Assembly: GCA_964427735.1 (NCBI GenBank)
Contig: CAYRUS010000001.1
Coordinates: forward strand, 226,173-290,172
Direction: 5' to 3'
From: an uncultured Gammaproteobacteria bacterium
GTDB taxonomy: Bacteria > Patescibacteriota > Microgenomatia > UBA8517
DNA: 64,000 nt
Part shown: positions 20,701 to 30,534 of the stretch, piece by piece
Numbering within the stretch: position 1 is the first letter of the stretch
Layout: each line of letters starts with the position of its first letter
Position numbers and translations under genes: made by a program
Notes under the pieces: model-generated
Database searches by the model: none
Seen by the model: only the letters and a program-made list of their open reading frames with translations
Told to the model about the DNA's origin: nothing

Positions 20701-22419
20701 TTGAAAGTAGCCCTTAATCCACCTTGATCTTTGCCTTAACCAATTTTTTAGATTACTGTTTGCTTCTTCATAGGTTGTTGAATCAATAATTGCAGTTTTG
20801 TAACCTGCCTTAAACAATCTGACTCCTAAGTCACAGTCTTCTGTAACATTAAATGGATCCCATCCATGAAGCTTACTTAAGTTATCTTTTCTAAAATGGT
20901 TGCTTGTTCCTCCAAGGGGAATACTTGTTCCTATTGTCTGTAGTCCAGGTAAAATTAGATCAAACCACAAAGAGTACTCTGCGGTAAAAAGACGAGTTAG
21001 GAAATTGTATTTACTATTGTAATAATTTAGTTTTGATTGCAAACATACATAGTTTTTTGGGAGTTTTTTGAAGGCAAGATAAGCTTTTTTAAGCTGTAGA
21101 GGATCAGGCTTGTCCTCTGCATCATAAATTACTATGTACTCTCCTTTTGAATGGAATAAACCATAATTGCAGGCCTTTGGTTTTGTTTTTGGCTTTGAAT
21201 CAGGAACAATTAAAACTTTTATGTACTTAGGTAAATTTATTTTTTTTGCTGTATTGATTGTTTCTGTGTCATCTTCCTCTAAAAGTAAAAGTACATCGAG
21301 CTTGCCTTTAGGCCAATCCAAATTTTTAATTGCTTCTACAAAATGAGGAAGCACTGAAGCTTCTTTGTACAAAGGGCAAAGAATACTATAAACAGGAAGG
21401 TCTTTGTTTTTAACAGCTTTTAGTTCTTTGTCTGGTATCGAAATTTCTGGAGATTTCCCCAAGCTTGTGGTGAGAATTGCCGCTGAAAACGCTAAATCCA
21501 AAAAATAAATTAGTGTCATTACTGCAATAAAGACAATTATTAAAAGCTTCAAATTAAGCACTGCTCCAATAAGAGCAAGCACAAGTAATGTTAGGAAAAA
21601 TAGTTTTTGATTAATTGTAAAAGTTGTGATTGCTGATTTATCTACGGGTAAATCTGTATAAGTAACGAATTTTTTACCTTTGTAAAAAATAGTAGGAAAT
21701 TTTGCGTATTTATCGTATATTTTGTAAACTTTTGAAGGCTTAAATTTAAGAATTAATGAGTTTTTGGCAATTTCGTATGATGCACTTAAGATATTTATTT
21801 TTGAACTGCCCTTGTTTCTTTTAGTAAACTCAATATCAATTCCCACTATACTTTCACCCAAATCTAAGGCAGTTTTTAGTAAAGATAAATCTAATGTCCA
21901 AGGAGAAACATCTTCATCCTTAATTTGACTAATGATCTCTTTTTTGAAGACTTTCATTCCAGATTGAGTGTCTACTTTAAATCCGTGCAGCAGTCTTTCA
22001 AAAAAAAGTAGATGAAGCTTTGATAATATTTTCCTTTTTAAGTCAACATCTCTGTAGATTCTATTGCCTACTACAACACCATGCTTTTGTGATAGCTTTA
22101 GCATTTCAGGTAATTTTTCAGGCGGGTACTGAAGATCCCCATCTATCATTGCTATTTTGATATATTTAGCTTTTTTAACTCCTTCAATAATACTATAAGA
22201 TTTCCCCTGCTTTCCTTTTTTGGGTAATATTTTTATTGGTTTTCTACCTTTGTTTTTTTTAATTTCTTTTACTGTTTTGTCTGTTGAAGCATCATCTACA
22301 AAAATAATCTCATATTTGATTTTCGCTTTCCTCATGACCTCGGAAATACGTTTTATGAGATTTGCTATATTACCCTCTTCATTCCAAACAGGGACAATGA
22401 TGGACATTTCCTTCTTCAT
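17728..22419 (-). CDS. Four-module fusion: GT2 (DPM-like) + processive GT2 (cellulose-synthase-like) + Wzx-like flippase + GT4
   Basis: PVWNEE/DGDLQ; then PLYKE, YDAED, TEDCD, QRSRW; then a long multi-TM block; then GGAEVY, GRLKPYK, EGWGITVLEA. Confidence 0.85.
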   Translation of the reverse strand: MKKEMSIIVPVWNEEGNIANLIKRISEVMRKAKIKYEIIFVDDASTDKTVKEIKKNKGRKPIKILPKKGKQGKSYSIIEGVKKAKYIKIAMIDGDLQYPPEKLPEMLKLSQKHGVVVGNRIYRDVDLKRKILSKLHLLFFERLLHGFKVDTQSGMKVFKKEIISQIKDEDVSPWTLDLSLLKTALDLGESIVGIDIEFTKRNKGSSKINILSASYEIAKNSLILKFKPSKVYKIYDKYAKFPTIFYKGKKFVTYTDLPVDKSAITTFTINQKLFFLTLLVLALIGAVLNLKLLIIVFIAVMTLIYFLDLAFSAAILTTSLGKSPEISIPDKELKAVKNKDLPVYSILCPLYKEASVLPHFVEAIKNLDWPKGKLDVLLLLEEDDTETINTAKKINLPKYIKVLIVPDSKPKTKPKACNYGLFHSKGEYIVIYDAEDKPDPLQLKKAYLAFKKLPKNYVCLQSKLNYYNSKYNFLTRLFTAEYSLWFDLILPGLQTIGTSIPLGGTSNHFRKDNLSKLHGWDPFNVTEDCDLGVRLFKAGYKTAIIDSTTYEEANSNLKNWLRQRSRWIKGYFQTYLVHMRNPVQFFKESGIHTILFQLIIGMRMVFIIINPIFWIATISYFVFYDYVGLQIESLFPPLVFYVAVVCLVFGNFLYFYSYMIGLAKRNEWNLVYHVFFIPFYWMMASVSAVIAFYQLIVKPHYWEKTIHGLHLKKGGPKSPQKKKISIQITQPQPKPRLNLLKQYVMKYSEKGSFLFLFGVTVFFNFANFFYNAYLGRNLDFDEFGTVSLMSNIFGIVGIVFVSLYTAISYKSGYIFGKVKLPIRCFLDNTKKRIVLYSFLITLSWLLINPYLFSYFKTADILPFLSFFPVFTVGFLLAANKGYLSGNIKFYTLGFVLLIEAVTKLIFTVIAIELDNTELIYVAIPASVVVAFILSELVIAKTRFVKTNKLSEKLLRFPTTFFSASLLTNISAVAFLSIDVVMAKHYLPSEEAGIYALLSLSGKIVFYLGTLFSQFFIPLISKREGEGLETISIFNKLLLASTASSLIGFVFIGWFGFYTVPILFGSKAYPILPYLIRFCIGMVAFTVSVGIVTYHLIKNDYSFAILSVGFSLVQVFAISNYHSSFVEIANIASGLAITQLLVVSLLHIVYSKSGSIIGNIEDLFGLFTNFNNTSTKEASSLKILVFNWRDIKHVWAGGAEVYIHNLAKNWVKEGHEVTIFCGSDQKSKRTEKIDGVKIIRRGGFYTVYLWAFLYYTIKFRGKFDIVIDCENGIPFFTPFYSRLPKILVLHHIHQDVHRQLLPFPLNRIAMFLEGKLIPIAYRKSTIITVSESTKKELKRIGLNHRENIHIIPPCVDIKVNGIKKTKYPSFIYLGRLKPYKNIDIAINAFSKIVAKYPEARLTIAGDGESREFIKELIMKNKLNEFVKLTGKVSEKRKINELSKSWVSIQPSTFEGWGITVLEANACATPVVASNVSGLKDSVVDGETGILFPLKNVDSLAQVMEDLIKNNKKRMELSRKAKKWAEGFSWEKNARDFLQIMQSEIRKDSNVVIDGLSLARENLFN

Positions 22420-22586
22420 ATTTGTAAAAATCCTGATTGAAGGCAGTAGAGGCAGTTTATTCGAGGATGTATAGTATTGTACTAGGAGATTTTTTGATTA
22501 TCAATTAGTAGTATTATATGAAACTACTATATCTAAATTCTGTATATGCTTCTGAATAAATTGATATACTATAATTACTAGGAGGT

Positions 22587-23312
22587 TTAAGCAGCTTTTT
22601 TTGCCCAAAATTTAGTAGCTTCAAATAATGACTCAAAAGTTCCTGCGTCAGACCAAAACCCTTTTAATTCTGACCAATAAAGTTTGTTTGCTTTCGCATA
22701 TTCAGTATTAAGATCAGAAACTTCTAATTCGCCACGCTTTGATGGCTTTAAATTTCTGATGTGATCAAAAACATTATTGTCATAAATATACAATCCTGTC
22801 TGAACATAATTACTCTTTGGCTTTTTGGGTTTTTCTTCTACCTTTAGAATTTTTTTGCCTGCTTTATCAAACACTGGAACTCCAAATCTTTGCAGCTTTT
22901 CTTTCTCCTTATATTTTTTTAGAAATACCAACGCACCTTCTTTAAAACGTTTTACAGCTTCCGATATATCGGCGTCTGTTGTGTTATCCCCAAGTATGAC
23001 TGTGATTGGATGACCATCTGCAAAATCTTCTGCTAAAGAAATCGCATTTGATATTCCTCCTTCTTTTTCTTGATAGGTATATTCCAAATGATTAATGCCT
23101 AACTGTTTACCTGTTTTAAGTACACGAATAAAATGCCCTGCATGGGGTCCACCTGTAACAATTAATATATCTTTAACACCTGCATCAACAAGAGTTTGAA
23201 TAGGATAAAAGATCATTGGCTTATCATAAATAGGAAGTAAATGTTTATTGGTAGCATGCGTTAGTGGATAAAGCCTTGACCCTAAACCGCCTGCAAGTAT
23301 TACACCTTTCAT
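22587..23312 (-). CDS. Glucose-1-phosphate thymidylyltransferase-like sugar nucleotidyltransferase (RmlA/SpsI family)
   Basis: MKGVILAGGLGSRLYPLT..NKHLLPIYDKPM, EEKP, W.DAGT. The start is placed at ATG 23312. Confidence 0.9.
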   Translation of the reverse strand: MKGVILAGGLGSRLYPLTHATNKHLLPIYDKPMIFYPIQTLVDAGVKDILIVTGGPHAGHFIRVLKTGKQLGINHLEYTYQEKEGGISNAISLAEDFADGHPITVILGDNTTDADISEAVKRFKEGALVFLKKYKEKEKLQRFGVPVFDKAGKKILKVEEKPKKPKSNYVQTGLYIYDNNVFDHIRNLKPSKRGELEVSDLNTEYAKANKLYWSELKGFWSDAGTFESLFEATKFWAKKAA

Positions 23313-23402
23313 TAGCAAATATATTATACAGGATTTTAATAAAGTGTTTATTGTACGACTACCTTTTAGGGAGTCTCCTTGCAAGGTCGTTGTAAAACAG
23401 TA

Positions 23403-23924
23403 TTAAGTGTGTTTATCAGCAACAGAAGATGCACCCCAGCTATCTGGCTTAATTTTAGCATTGTATCCACTACCATTTACCATCCCAACTACTTCTTTAA
23501 TCATTTTTGAAGTTAATCCATTCGGGCCTATATCAATGTGAATCTCAAAGGAATATTGCTCAGCAGAAATTACCTTTGTCATAAAAGGTACAATCATTTG
23601 TGCCAAGTCCAAAGACATTACAGTCTCTCTGTATATTTTATCTCTTAAAACTAAATTGTTTTCCACTTTGTCTTTTCGCAAAAAGTAAATTCCTCCGCCA
23701 CCCTTTCTATGAACAATAATCACAGATACAAAGTCAATTTCCGGTTTTCCACCTTTTCTTTTTGCTTGTGAATCCGTACCCAAGATAATGCTATATTCAG
23801 CATGTGGCTTGTCTTGAATAAATCCCCTTATTTTATCCACGACTTCACCTGCATGAAGCTTTCCGTAAGTTGGACTGTAAAACCACAGTTGAACTTTGTT
23901 TTTTGCTTTAATTACTTTTCCCAT
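23403..23924 (-). CDS. RNase H-like YkuK (DUF458) protein
   Basis: ILGTDSQ, EIHIDIG..G, KPDSWGASSVADKHT. Confidence 0.85.
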   Translation of the reverse strand: MGKVIKAKNKVQLWFYSPTYGKLHAGEVVDKIRGFIQDKPHAEYSIILGTDSQAKRKGGKPEIDFVSVIIVHRKGGGGIYFLRKDKVENNLVLRDKIYRETVMSLDLAQMIVPFMTKVISAEQYSFEIHIDIGPNGLTSKMIKEVVGMVNGSGYNAKIKPDSWGASSVADKHT

Positions 23925-23966
23925 ATTCCAAATTATACGCGAATATTGAACCTAATTCAATGAATC

Positions 23967-24227
23967 CTAAGACCAGTAAAGTAGTGAGATAATAGAAACA
24001 ATACCAATAAGAGCAACCATAATATATTCAACAACTACAGATAAGTGTAAATCATCATGAATCAAGTGATGCCACACTCCCCAGGCAACATAAGCAATAC
24101 CTAGAAATACAATTATTATCTGCTGTACAGCTTCCTGCCAAGTAAAAAAGTAAAACAGTGCAAATCCAAAAACTAGAATTACAACTAATACTAAATAATG
24201 TGTAAAGTGTGATGTGTTGATTTTCAT
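23967..24227 (-). CDS. Small 3-TM membrane protein
   Basis: Hydrophobic, with a Y..WG..HH...DL...VVEY pattern. Confidence 0.7.
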   Translation of the reverse strand: MKINTSHFTHYLVLVVILVFGFALFYFFTWQEAVQQIIIVFLGIAYVAWGVWHHLIHDDLHLSVVVEYIMVALIGIVSIISLLYWS

Positions 24228-25214
24228 TTACAAAATCTTGCCTGCTCTAAGTATCATTGCTACTATAAATAGTATACCTAAAAAGGAAATGTGAGCATAA
24301 GTACGCCCTCCAATTCTAGCCAATTTCCTTGCTCTCATAATATACATATCAAGCATAAGTACAACCAATAAAAGACCTAAAATAGATAATGAAACTCCTC
24401 TTGAGGTAGTAAATGGTGAAATTAATACTTCAGACTGACTCACTCCTGCAACTCCCGCATCATCTAAAGAAGATACAAAAACAGGCTGTACTGTAGGAGT
24501 GTTTAATGGTGTCGGTGTACTAGTAGCATGAACAATTGCTACAGGAACTTGTGTTGGCAATTGAGTTTCAACAGGAATTGGAGTTTCCGGTGTTAAAGTT
24601 GCAGTTGGTATTGATTCAGACTCTGGTACTTGGGCAACTGCTGCATTTAACTGAGTCCCGAAAAGTTGCACTATTATTGTAGTATCTACACCATTCATAT
24701 CTCCCTCAACTACAGCAACACCTATTTCTGTATATCTAGGGGAAAGCATATTTTCTTTATGAGTAATGGATGCCATCCAAGCATCAACTGCAGAGCCTGC
24801 ATTGGAAAAATCACGGGCTAGGTTTTCTCCGGCATACCTGTATTTGTATCCAACATCAGAAAAAAACTTCCATGGTTCAGTTCCATCAGGTGCAATATGT
24901 GCCCAATAATCATTGGCAAGCATATGTTCTCCTTTTGCTTTGGCTGCCTGTGCAAGATCGGGATTCATAGAAAGTGTAGATAAACCAGCTTCTGCTCTTT
25001 TTTTGTTTGTGAGTGTTACAACTTCTTCAACTGATATTTGGGAGGCATAACCTAATATATCTACTTCTGTTTTTGGCAGTATCAACAGAATCATTTGATA
25101 AACTATCAAGAGAGCCAATATCAAAACTAAAGCAATGTTATGGAGTAGTCTTGGTTTGTGATTGTTTGTATGATGAGGAATTACTAAGCTAAATAAATGT
25201 TGGGCAGCTTCCAT
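24228..25214 (-). CDS. CAP (SCP/Tpx-1/PR-1) domain membrane protein with Pro/Thr linker
   Basis: TNKKR...L...LAQAA..K..HM...YWAH, AGENLA, WMAS.TH..N. Confidence 0.9.
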   Translation of the reverse strand: MEAAQHLFSLVIPHHTNNHKPRLLHNIALVLILALLIVYQMILLILPKTEVDILGYASQISVEEVVTLTNKKRAEAGLSTLSMNPDLAQAAKAKGEHMLANDYWAHIAPDGTEPWKFFSDVGYKYRYAGENLARDFSNAGSAVDAWMASITHKENMLSPRYTEIGVAVVEGDMNGVDTTIIVQLFGTQLNAAVAQVPESESIPTATLTPETPIPVETQLPTQVPVAIVHATSTPTPLNTPTVQPVFVSSLDDAGVAGVSQSEVLISPFTTSRGVSLSILGLLLVVLMLDMYIMRARKLARIGGRTYAHISFLGILFIVAMILRAGKIL

Positions 25215-25559
25215 GAGTATATAATACCCCTACTTTCTGACACAATCAATTCCTAATAGATTGTAAACCCAAAATATAAGTAAGAGTTAATACGAGAAAT
25301 AATTATGGAGATGAACAATATGAAGATAGTTACTCACCTGCTTTTTGCGTATGCAGGAGCAGGTGCTGGTTTCCTAAAAATACTAATAATAAGTCTAATG
25401 AGCATGGGCAATTTTGCAGCTCCATAATGACAGAGTGCTTCTCTAATGTCAAGCTCAATTTGCTTTTTTTGATTTCTGGAATTAAGTCTTTTTATCTTGT
25501 AAAATACTATAAGAGTTAATTACCCCAATTGCTGCTCGAATTGGTAATTTTAGAAAAAT

Positions 25560-26663
25560 ATGCAGTCTAGGCCTTTAAATAGAAACCTCCACAAAGCCAA
25601 CAAAGCAAAAAAGGATGAATTCTATACTCAACTCACAGATATAGAAAAAGAGCTCAGGCACTACAAAGACCAGTTTAAAGGTAAAGTGGTTTACTGCAAT
25701 TGTGATGATCCTTTTGAAAGCAATTTTTTCAAATATTTTGCATCTAGTTTCAATAGCTTGGGGCTAAAAAAATTAATAACAACAAGCTTCAGCGGCTCAC
25801 CAATAACTGGAAAACAGCTATCTCTTCTGGACATGGAAGGACTAAAGCCAGAGGGCAAGCAGCCTTTTAAGATTGTAATAACAGAAGTACCAGACAAAAA
25901 TGCAGATGGTGCAGTTGATATTGCAGATGTGGAATGGCTTTTAAAACACGACGGCAATACCTCAACTCCACTAAAAGAAAATGGAGACTTTAGGAGTGAA
26001 GAATGCATTGAGCTTTTAAAAGAATCAGATATTGTTGTCACCAACCCACCTTTTAGCTTATTTCGCGAATATGTAGCACAGCTGGTCGAGTATGATAAAA
26101 AGTTTTTGATAATTGGAAATTTGAATTCGATTACTTATAAAGAAATATTTAAGTTAATTAAAAACAATCAATTATGGCTTGGGTATAATAACGGACATAA
26201 AGTTTACATGGTTCCAGATGATTATGAACAAAAAAATATTTTTATTGGTGAGGATGGGAAAAAATATGCAAAGATGGGAAATACCGGTTGGTTTACAAAT
26301 CTTGATGTCAGTAAAAGACATGAAATTCTTACGCTGTATAAGAAATATAGTCCAGAAGAGTATCCCAAGTATGCAAATTATGATGCAATAGAAGTATCTA
26401 AAGTGTCAGATATCCCAATGGATTATGAGGGAGAAATGGGAGTACCTGTAACATTCTTGGAAAAATATAATCCAGACCAATTCGAGATTATCGGTTCAAG
26501 TAGTAATTTATCAAATCCAATAAAAACTCCAAAAGGATTAGTTTATCGATATACAGACCGTAATGGGTATGTCCGACAGGCAGCAAATGAGCGTTTTGCT
26601 TTACCAGATGGCGATACATGGAGACGAATTTATGACCGGATTGTGATTAAAAAAATAAAATAA
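25560..26663 (+). CDS. Adenine-specific DNA methyltransferase, EcoRI family
   Basis: DEFYT, VYCNCDDP..SNF, GDFRSEEC, DIVVTNPPFSLFREY, GVPVTF. Confidence 0.92.
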   Translation: MQSRPLNRNLHKANKAKKDEFYTQLTDIEKELRHYKDQFKGKVVYCNCDDPFESNFFKYFASSFNSLGLKKLITTSFSGSPITGKQLSLLDMEGLKPEGKQPFKIVITEVPDKNADGAVDIADVEWLLKHDGNTSTPLKENGDFRSEECIELLKESDIVVTNPPFSLFREYVAQLVEYDKKFLIIGNLNSITYKEIFKLIKNNQLWLGYNNGHKVYMVPDDYEQKNIFIGEDGKKYAKMGNTGWFTNLDVSKRHEILTLYKKYSPEEYPKYANYDAIEVSKVSDIPMDYEGEMGVPVTFLEKYNPDQFEIIGSSSNLSNPIKTPKGLVYRYTDRNGYVRQAANERFALPDGDTWRRIYDRIVIKKIK

Positions 26664-26736
26664 GGTATAGGATTATTAATCAGACACAAAAAAGTCAACG
26701 GAGTTAAAGCATGAAGATAAGTACAAAAGTAAATTT

Positions 26737-29520
26737 ATGAACGAAAACACAGGAACAGTAAGTCCACTATTAAAGAACTTTTTTGAAAACTTCTTGTCTA
26801 CAGAACTAGAAAAAGAAGATATCTCTGACGAATATTTAACTCTTTTGAAAATATTATGGCTTAGTTTTGACGAGATTATTACAAAAACTAAAATTACAAG
26901 GCGTATTTATACACTACAACTTATTGAAAAATATCTTATTAATAGCGAGTACCGCAAATCCGTCGATGAAACAGAATTGCCGAAAACTGACGTTTTTCTT
27001 GAGTCTCAGGGTTCTGACACACCTAAAATTAAACTAAAGAAAATCAATATTGTAAATTTCCGAGGATTTAGAGCAAACTCCGATGGTACTGGAAGAAAAA
27101 TCTTTTTCAACGATAAAGCAAGCTTATTTTTTGCACCTAATGGCGGAGGTAAAAGTAGTCTTTGTGAAGCTTTAGAATGGACACTTACCGGTGATACTTC
27201 AGAGCATGTGCAACGTAGCACCGAATCGACAGACACTTATTTTCAAAATAGGGATATTGGTGAACCCAGCTATAAGAAAACTAAAATTGATATGCATGAA
27301 GGGTTCAATCCTGACATCCCTAACATTGCTTTTGATAGATGCTTTTTAGAGAAAAATAGAATCGAAAAGTTTGCCAAGATTGCTACGCAAAAAGGTGTTG
27401 AAGTTCAAAATATACTGGGTGAATTATTTGGGCTTACAGAGATCGTAGATTTTTTCAAAGAGTTTGGACAAGACTTATTTCCCACACCTAATGAAAAAGG
27501 TGAAAGAGAAAATTGGCAGACTTGGCTAGATTGGGAGGTAAAAAAGCGTGAATTGGAAAAGGGTTTAGAAGAGTCAAAAAGAGAAGAAATGACAGCTTTT
27601 GAGGAATTTAACAGACTTCTTGATAACAAAAAATACGATGATAAGAAAAAAGAGATAGAAGAAGAAATTAAGAAACTAAAAAATGAACTAGAGTCTTTAA
27701 GCGTGGATAATAGTACTGAGTTTTCAAGCGAAGATTTTTTGAAGATCGTTGATGAATTTCTTTATAAATTAAAACAGTGGAAAGAATGTAAGAATGAAAT
27801 TGAAAAAAATGCAGCCAATCTGAATTTCGAAAGCTTGTATCAGACTGCAAGTAAGATTTTTCAAAACAATCAAAACATAAGTGAATGTCCTCTCTGTGAT
27901 ACACCAATTACACAGAATGGCGGTCTACTTTCAAAGCATAAATGTGTAGTTACCGATCCTAGAGATAAAACCAAGTCAGAGCTAAAAAAATTGGAAGCCT
28001 TAACTGCATTGAAAAGCAAAAAATCAAACACCGAGTCCGATATTAGAAACCATTTCGCAAAATTTAAAGATGAGTGGACAAAAGTTCACTCAAACTTAAA
28101 AGATGAAAATTGGTCCGTTATATCAAATAATGTCTCTAATCCTGAAATACCAAATATCAATACACAAAGTATCGACTCACTTGTATATGATGACTTTGAG
28201 GCATTTGTTGATAGTTGCGAAAAAGCGTTAAATCAAGACTTCTCTCAAATAAAAGAGGTGGAAAAAATCATCTCTTCATATAAGCACAAAAGGCAAGAGT
28301 TAAAGTCAAGGAAGCAAGAACAAAACGAAAAAATTAACAAACTAAGTGAAACTCTCGATAATCTCGAAACAGCATATGAAACTTACTCGAATAAGAAAGC
28401 TATATGCGAGAAAGGCAATGTGAGATTGGAAAAGTTAAAAAAACAATCTAGAAACTCGGGTGTTTTTAAGAAACTGCTAGACGAGTACACTAAGCTATAT
28501 GCCTCACTTCATGACTTTCTTACATCCGCCATACTGACAGAAGCAAAAGATATTGACAGCTTAGTGACTGGTTTTTATCGTGCACTAAACCTTCACGACC
28601 ACGATGGTGAGATTGTTAAAGTTATAAAATTTCCAAAGAAAATTCAGGATGATTTTTGTCTCATTTATAAGAAGGACGAAGAAAGCATATGTAATGCGTT
28701 GCAGGTATTAAGTGAGGGACATTTAAAAACCCTCGGATTGGCAGCTTTACTTGCAAGAGCAGCTAGATTAAATACTTCGTTACTTGTTTTTGATGATGCT
28801 ATAAACGCAATAGATTCAGATCACAGGGACAACATAGCTCACCTTCTTACTGGAAGGTTTGGGGATGATCAGGGTGTGTTGGCCTTTGGAAACAAATGGA
28901 GGCAGATAAAAGATTACTTGGGCAATTGCCAATTTATTATTACCTCCCATGACCGTTTCTTTGACGAAAAGATCGCTAACCTTTTCGAAAAAGACAACCA
29001 AACAAGATATGTTCTTTATTGCAGTCAGAATGGAATCGATTTTTGCGAAAGAGGCACCCCGGCAAATTTTGAGAAGAAAATAGAGGACTACCTAAATCCA
29101 GCTACTCAAGATATTCGATCCGCAATATTTTACTGTCGTATTTGGCTAGAAGATATTCTCTTTAACATTGCAATTCATTTTAGAAAACCGGGTAATAATA
29201 AGCGGATTGAGTTCGAGAACATCATGGATAGGAGAACTAAATCTTTGAAAAACCCAGAATTAATTGTGCTTCTGGATAAGTTGGTATCTAATTTAAACAA
29301 CAAGGATGCATCAGACGAATATAAACAAATTGCCAGTATATTGGAACAAATTAAACAGGAAAATGATGGGAAATATGTTTGGTTCTTTGAAATATTAAAC
29401 CAAGAGAGCCATTATCGAAGGTTTGACCACGTAGATGTCTCAAATGCACCTACAAGCAAAGAGGTAGAGACTATTTTCGAGAATATTCAAAAGATACATA
29501 AGTTGTATTCAGGAATATAA
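26737..29520 (+). CDS. RloC-like ABC/SMC-type ATPase with zinc hook and C-terminal HEPN-like domain
   Basis: Walker A APNGGGKSS, coiled coil with CPLC, signature LSEGH, Walker B LVFDD..NAID, H-loop TSHD, and C-terminal R..LE...LNQESH. Confidence 0.7.
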   Translation: MNENTGTVSPLLKNFFENFLSTELEKEDISDEYLTLLKILWLSFDEIITKTKITRRIYTLQLIEKYLINSEYRKSVDETELPKTDVFLESQGSDTPKIKLKKINIVNFRGFRANSDGTGRKIFFNDKASLFFAPNGGGKSSLCEALEWTLTGDTSEHVQRSTESTDTYFQNRDIGEPSYKKTKIDMHEGFNPDIPNIAFDRCFLEKNRIEKFAKIATQKGVEVQNILGELFGLTEIVDFFKEFGQDLFPTPNEKGERENWQTWLDWEVKKRELEKGLEESKREEMTAFEEFNRLLDNKKYDDKKKEIEEEIKKLKNELESLSVDNSTEFSSEDFLKIVDEFLYKLKQWKECKNEIEKNAANLNFESLYQTASKIFQNNQNISECPLCDTPITQNGGLLSKHKCVVTDPRDKTKSELKKLEALTALKSKKSNTESDIRNHFAKFKDEWTKVHSNLKDENWSVISNNVSNPEIPNINTQSIDSLVYDDFEAFVDSCEKALNQDFSQIKEVEKIISSYKHKRQELKSRKQEQNEKINKLSETLDNLETAYETYSNKKAICEKGNVRLEKLKKQSRNSGVFKKLLDEYTKLYASLHDFLTSAILTEAKDIDSLVTGFYRALNLHDHDGEIVKVIKFPKKIQDDFCLIYKKDEESICNALQVLSEGHLKTLGLAALLARAARLNTSLLVFDDAINAIDSDHRDNIAHLLTGRFGDDQGVLAFGNKWRQIKDYLGNCQFIITSHDRFFDEKIANLFEKDNQTRYVLYCSQNGIDFCERGTPANFEKKIEDYLNPATQDIRSAIFYCRIWLEDILFNIAIHFRKPGNNKRIEFENIMDRRTKSLKNPELIVLLDKLVSNLNNKDASDEYKQIASILEQIKQENDGKYVWFFEILNQESHYRRFDHVDVSNAPTSKEVETIFENIQKIHKLYSGI

Positions 29521-29585
29521 TCCACTGTGAAGAATCAACTTCATACTGTTAGCAAAATTATAAAATCTCCTTTAAGGTAATTAAG

Positions 29586-29936
29586 TCAAAATATCAAAAT
29601 TAATAGAGATGACATTATTATAATCGGAAAAATTAAGTGTAGTAAAAGTATGAAAAATAAACCACTATTTCCTTTATTGTAATATGTTTTATATAACAAT
29701 TCTGGAAAGCCAGTAGTAACAAAACCAGCCAGAAAGAAAATTACAGACACAACAACACCCACAGTCCGATAAGACGAATCACTAGTCAAAAGGATTGTGG
29801 CTTGTGAGAAAAAGTAATACTCAAAAGAGGTTGTATTTTTCTCGAAAAATTCTCCCAGAAGCTCGAATATATATGCCAGACCAAGAAAGAATCTTGCCAA
29901 TGGCCTGGTGAATGCTGATTTTGCGTGTTTTTCCAT
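29586..29936 (-). CDS. Hypothetical membrane protein
   Basis: ATG preceded by TATAAT, with hydrophobic segments. Confidence 0.5.
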   Translation of the reverse strand: MEKHAKSAFTRPLARFFLGLAYIFELLGEFFEKNTTSFEYYFFSQATILLTSDSSYRTVGVVVSVIFFLAGFVTTGFPELLYKTYYNKGNSGLFFILLLHLIFPIIIMSSLLILIF

Positions 29937-30082
29937 ACTTTAATTATAATAAAAAGCCACATTACTGCACATTTTGAAATATGATTTCTTCAATACACAC
30001 ACCCTCCAGATGATATAGCTTCACACCCCTCACTTTTTGTAATCACAATTGACTGCTGGGACTGCACATAGTTTAATGAATT

Positions 30083-30445
30083 ATGGCATTGGATGGTGAA
30101 GATATGGATCAAATTGAAGAACTTTCAAGGAGTATTTCAGGAGCTAGAGAAGAGAGTTCAAGACGTAATCATGAAATTGAGTTAAGAATTTTAGAAAATG
30201 AGTTGGCATTGTTAGGTAATACTATTCGTGAACGGAAAGCTACAATTCCAGGGTATTCACGAGAACTTAATAATTTTATTAAACTAATTGCAAGTTTTAA
30301 AAAAGCACTTGATACAGAAATAAGAAATAAATATCCTTCAATAGATAGACATAGTTTCAGCATGAGATTTAATGAATTATATGAACCTGGAATTAATAAA
30401 ATTGATAAGCATGTGTTTAAAATAGCAACTACCGGAGGAAACTAA
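30083..30445 (+). CDS. Hypothetical helical protein
   Basis: TTGACT-17-TTTAAT-5nt-ATG promoter and an intact 120-aa ORF. Confidence 0.65.
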   Translation: MALDGEDMDQIEELSRSISGAREESSRRNHEIELRILENELALLGNTIRERKATIPGYSRELNNFIKLIASFKKALDTEIRNKYPSIDRHSFSMRFNELYEPGINKIDKHVFKIATTGGN

Positions 30446-30534
30446 TAATTATTCAAACTTCGTATGGTGTCCAACATCCTGTACTCTATTTATAAAATAA
30501 TTGACACTAATTATTTCATGAGTTTTAATTAAAT

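Noticed and set aside
22441-22456. AGGCAGTAGAGGCAGT as an ops/JUMPstart element upstream of the polysaccharide operon
   Set aside because: It is on the wrong strand relative to the operon and matches GGCGGTAG only partially.
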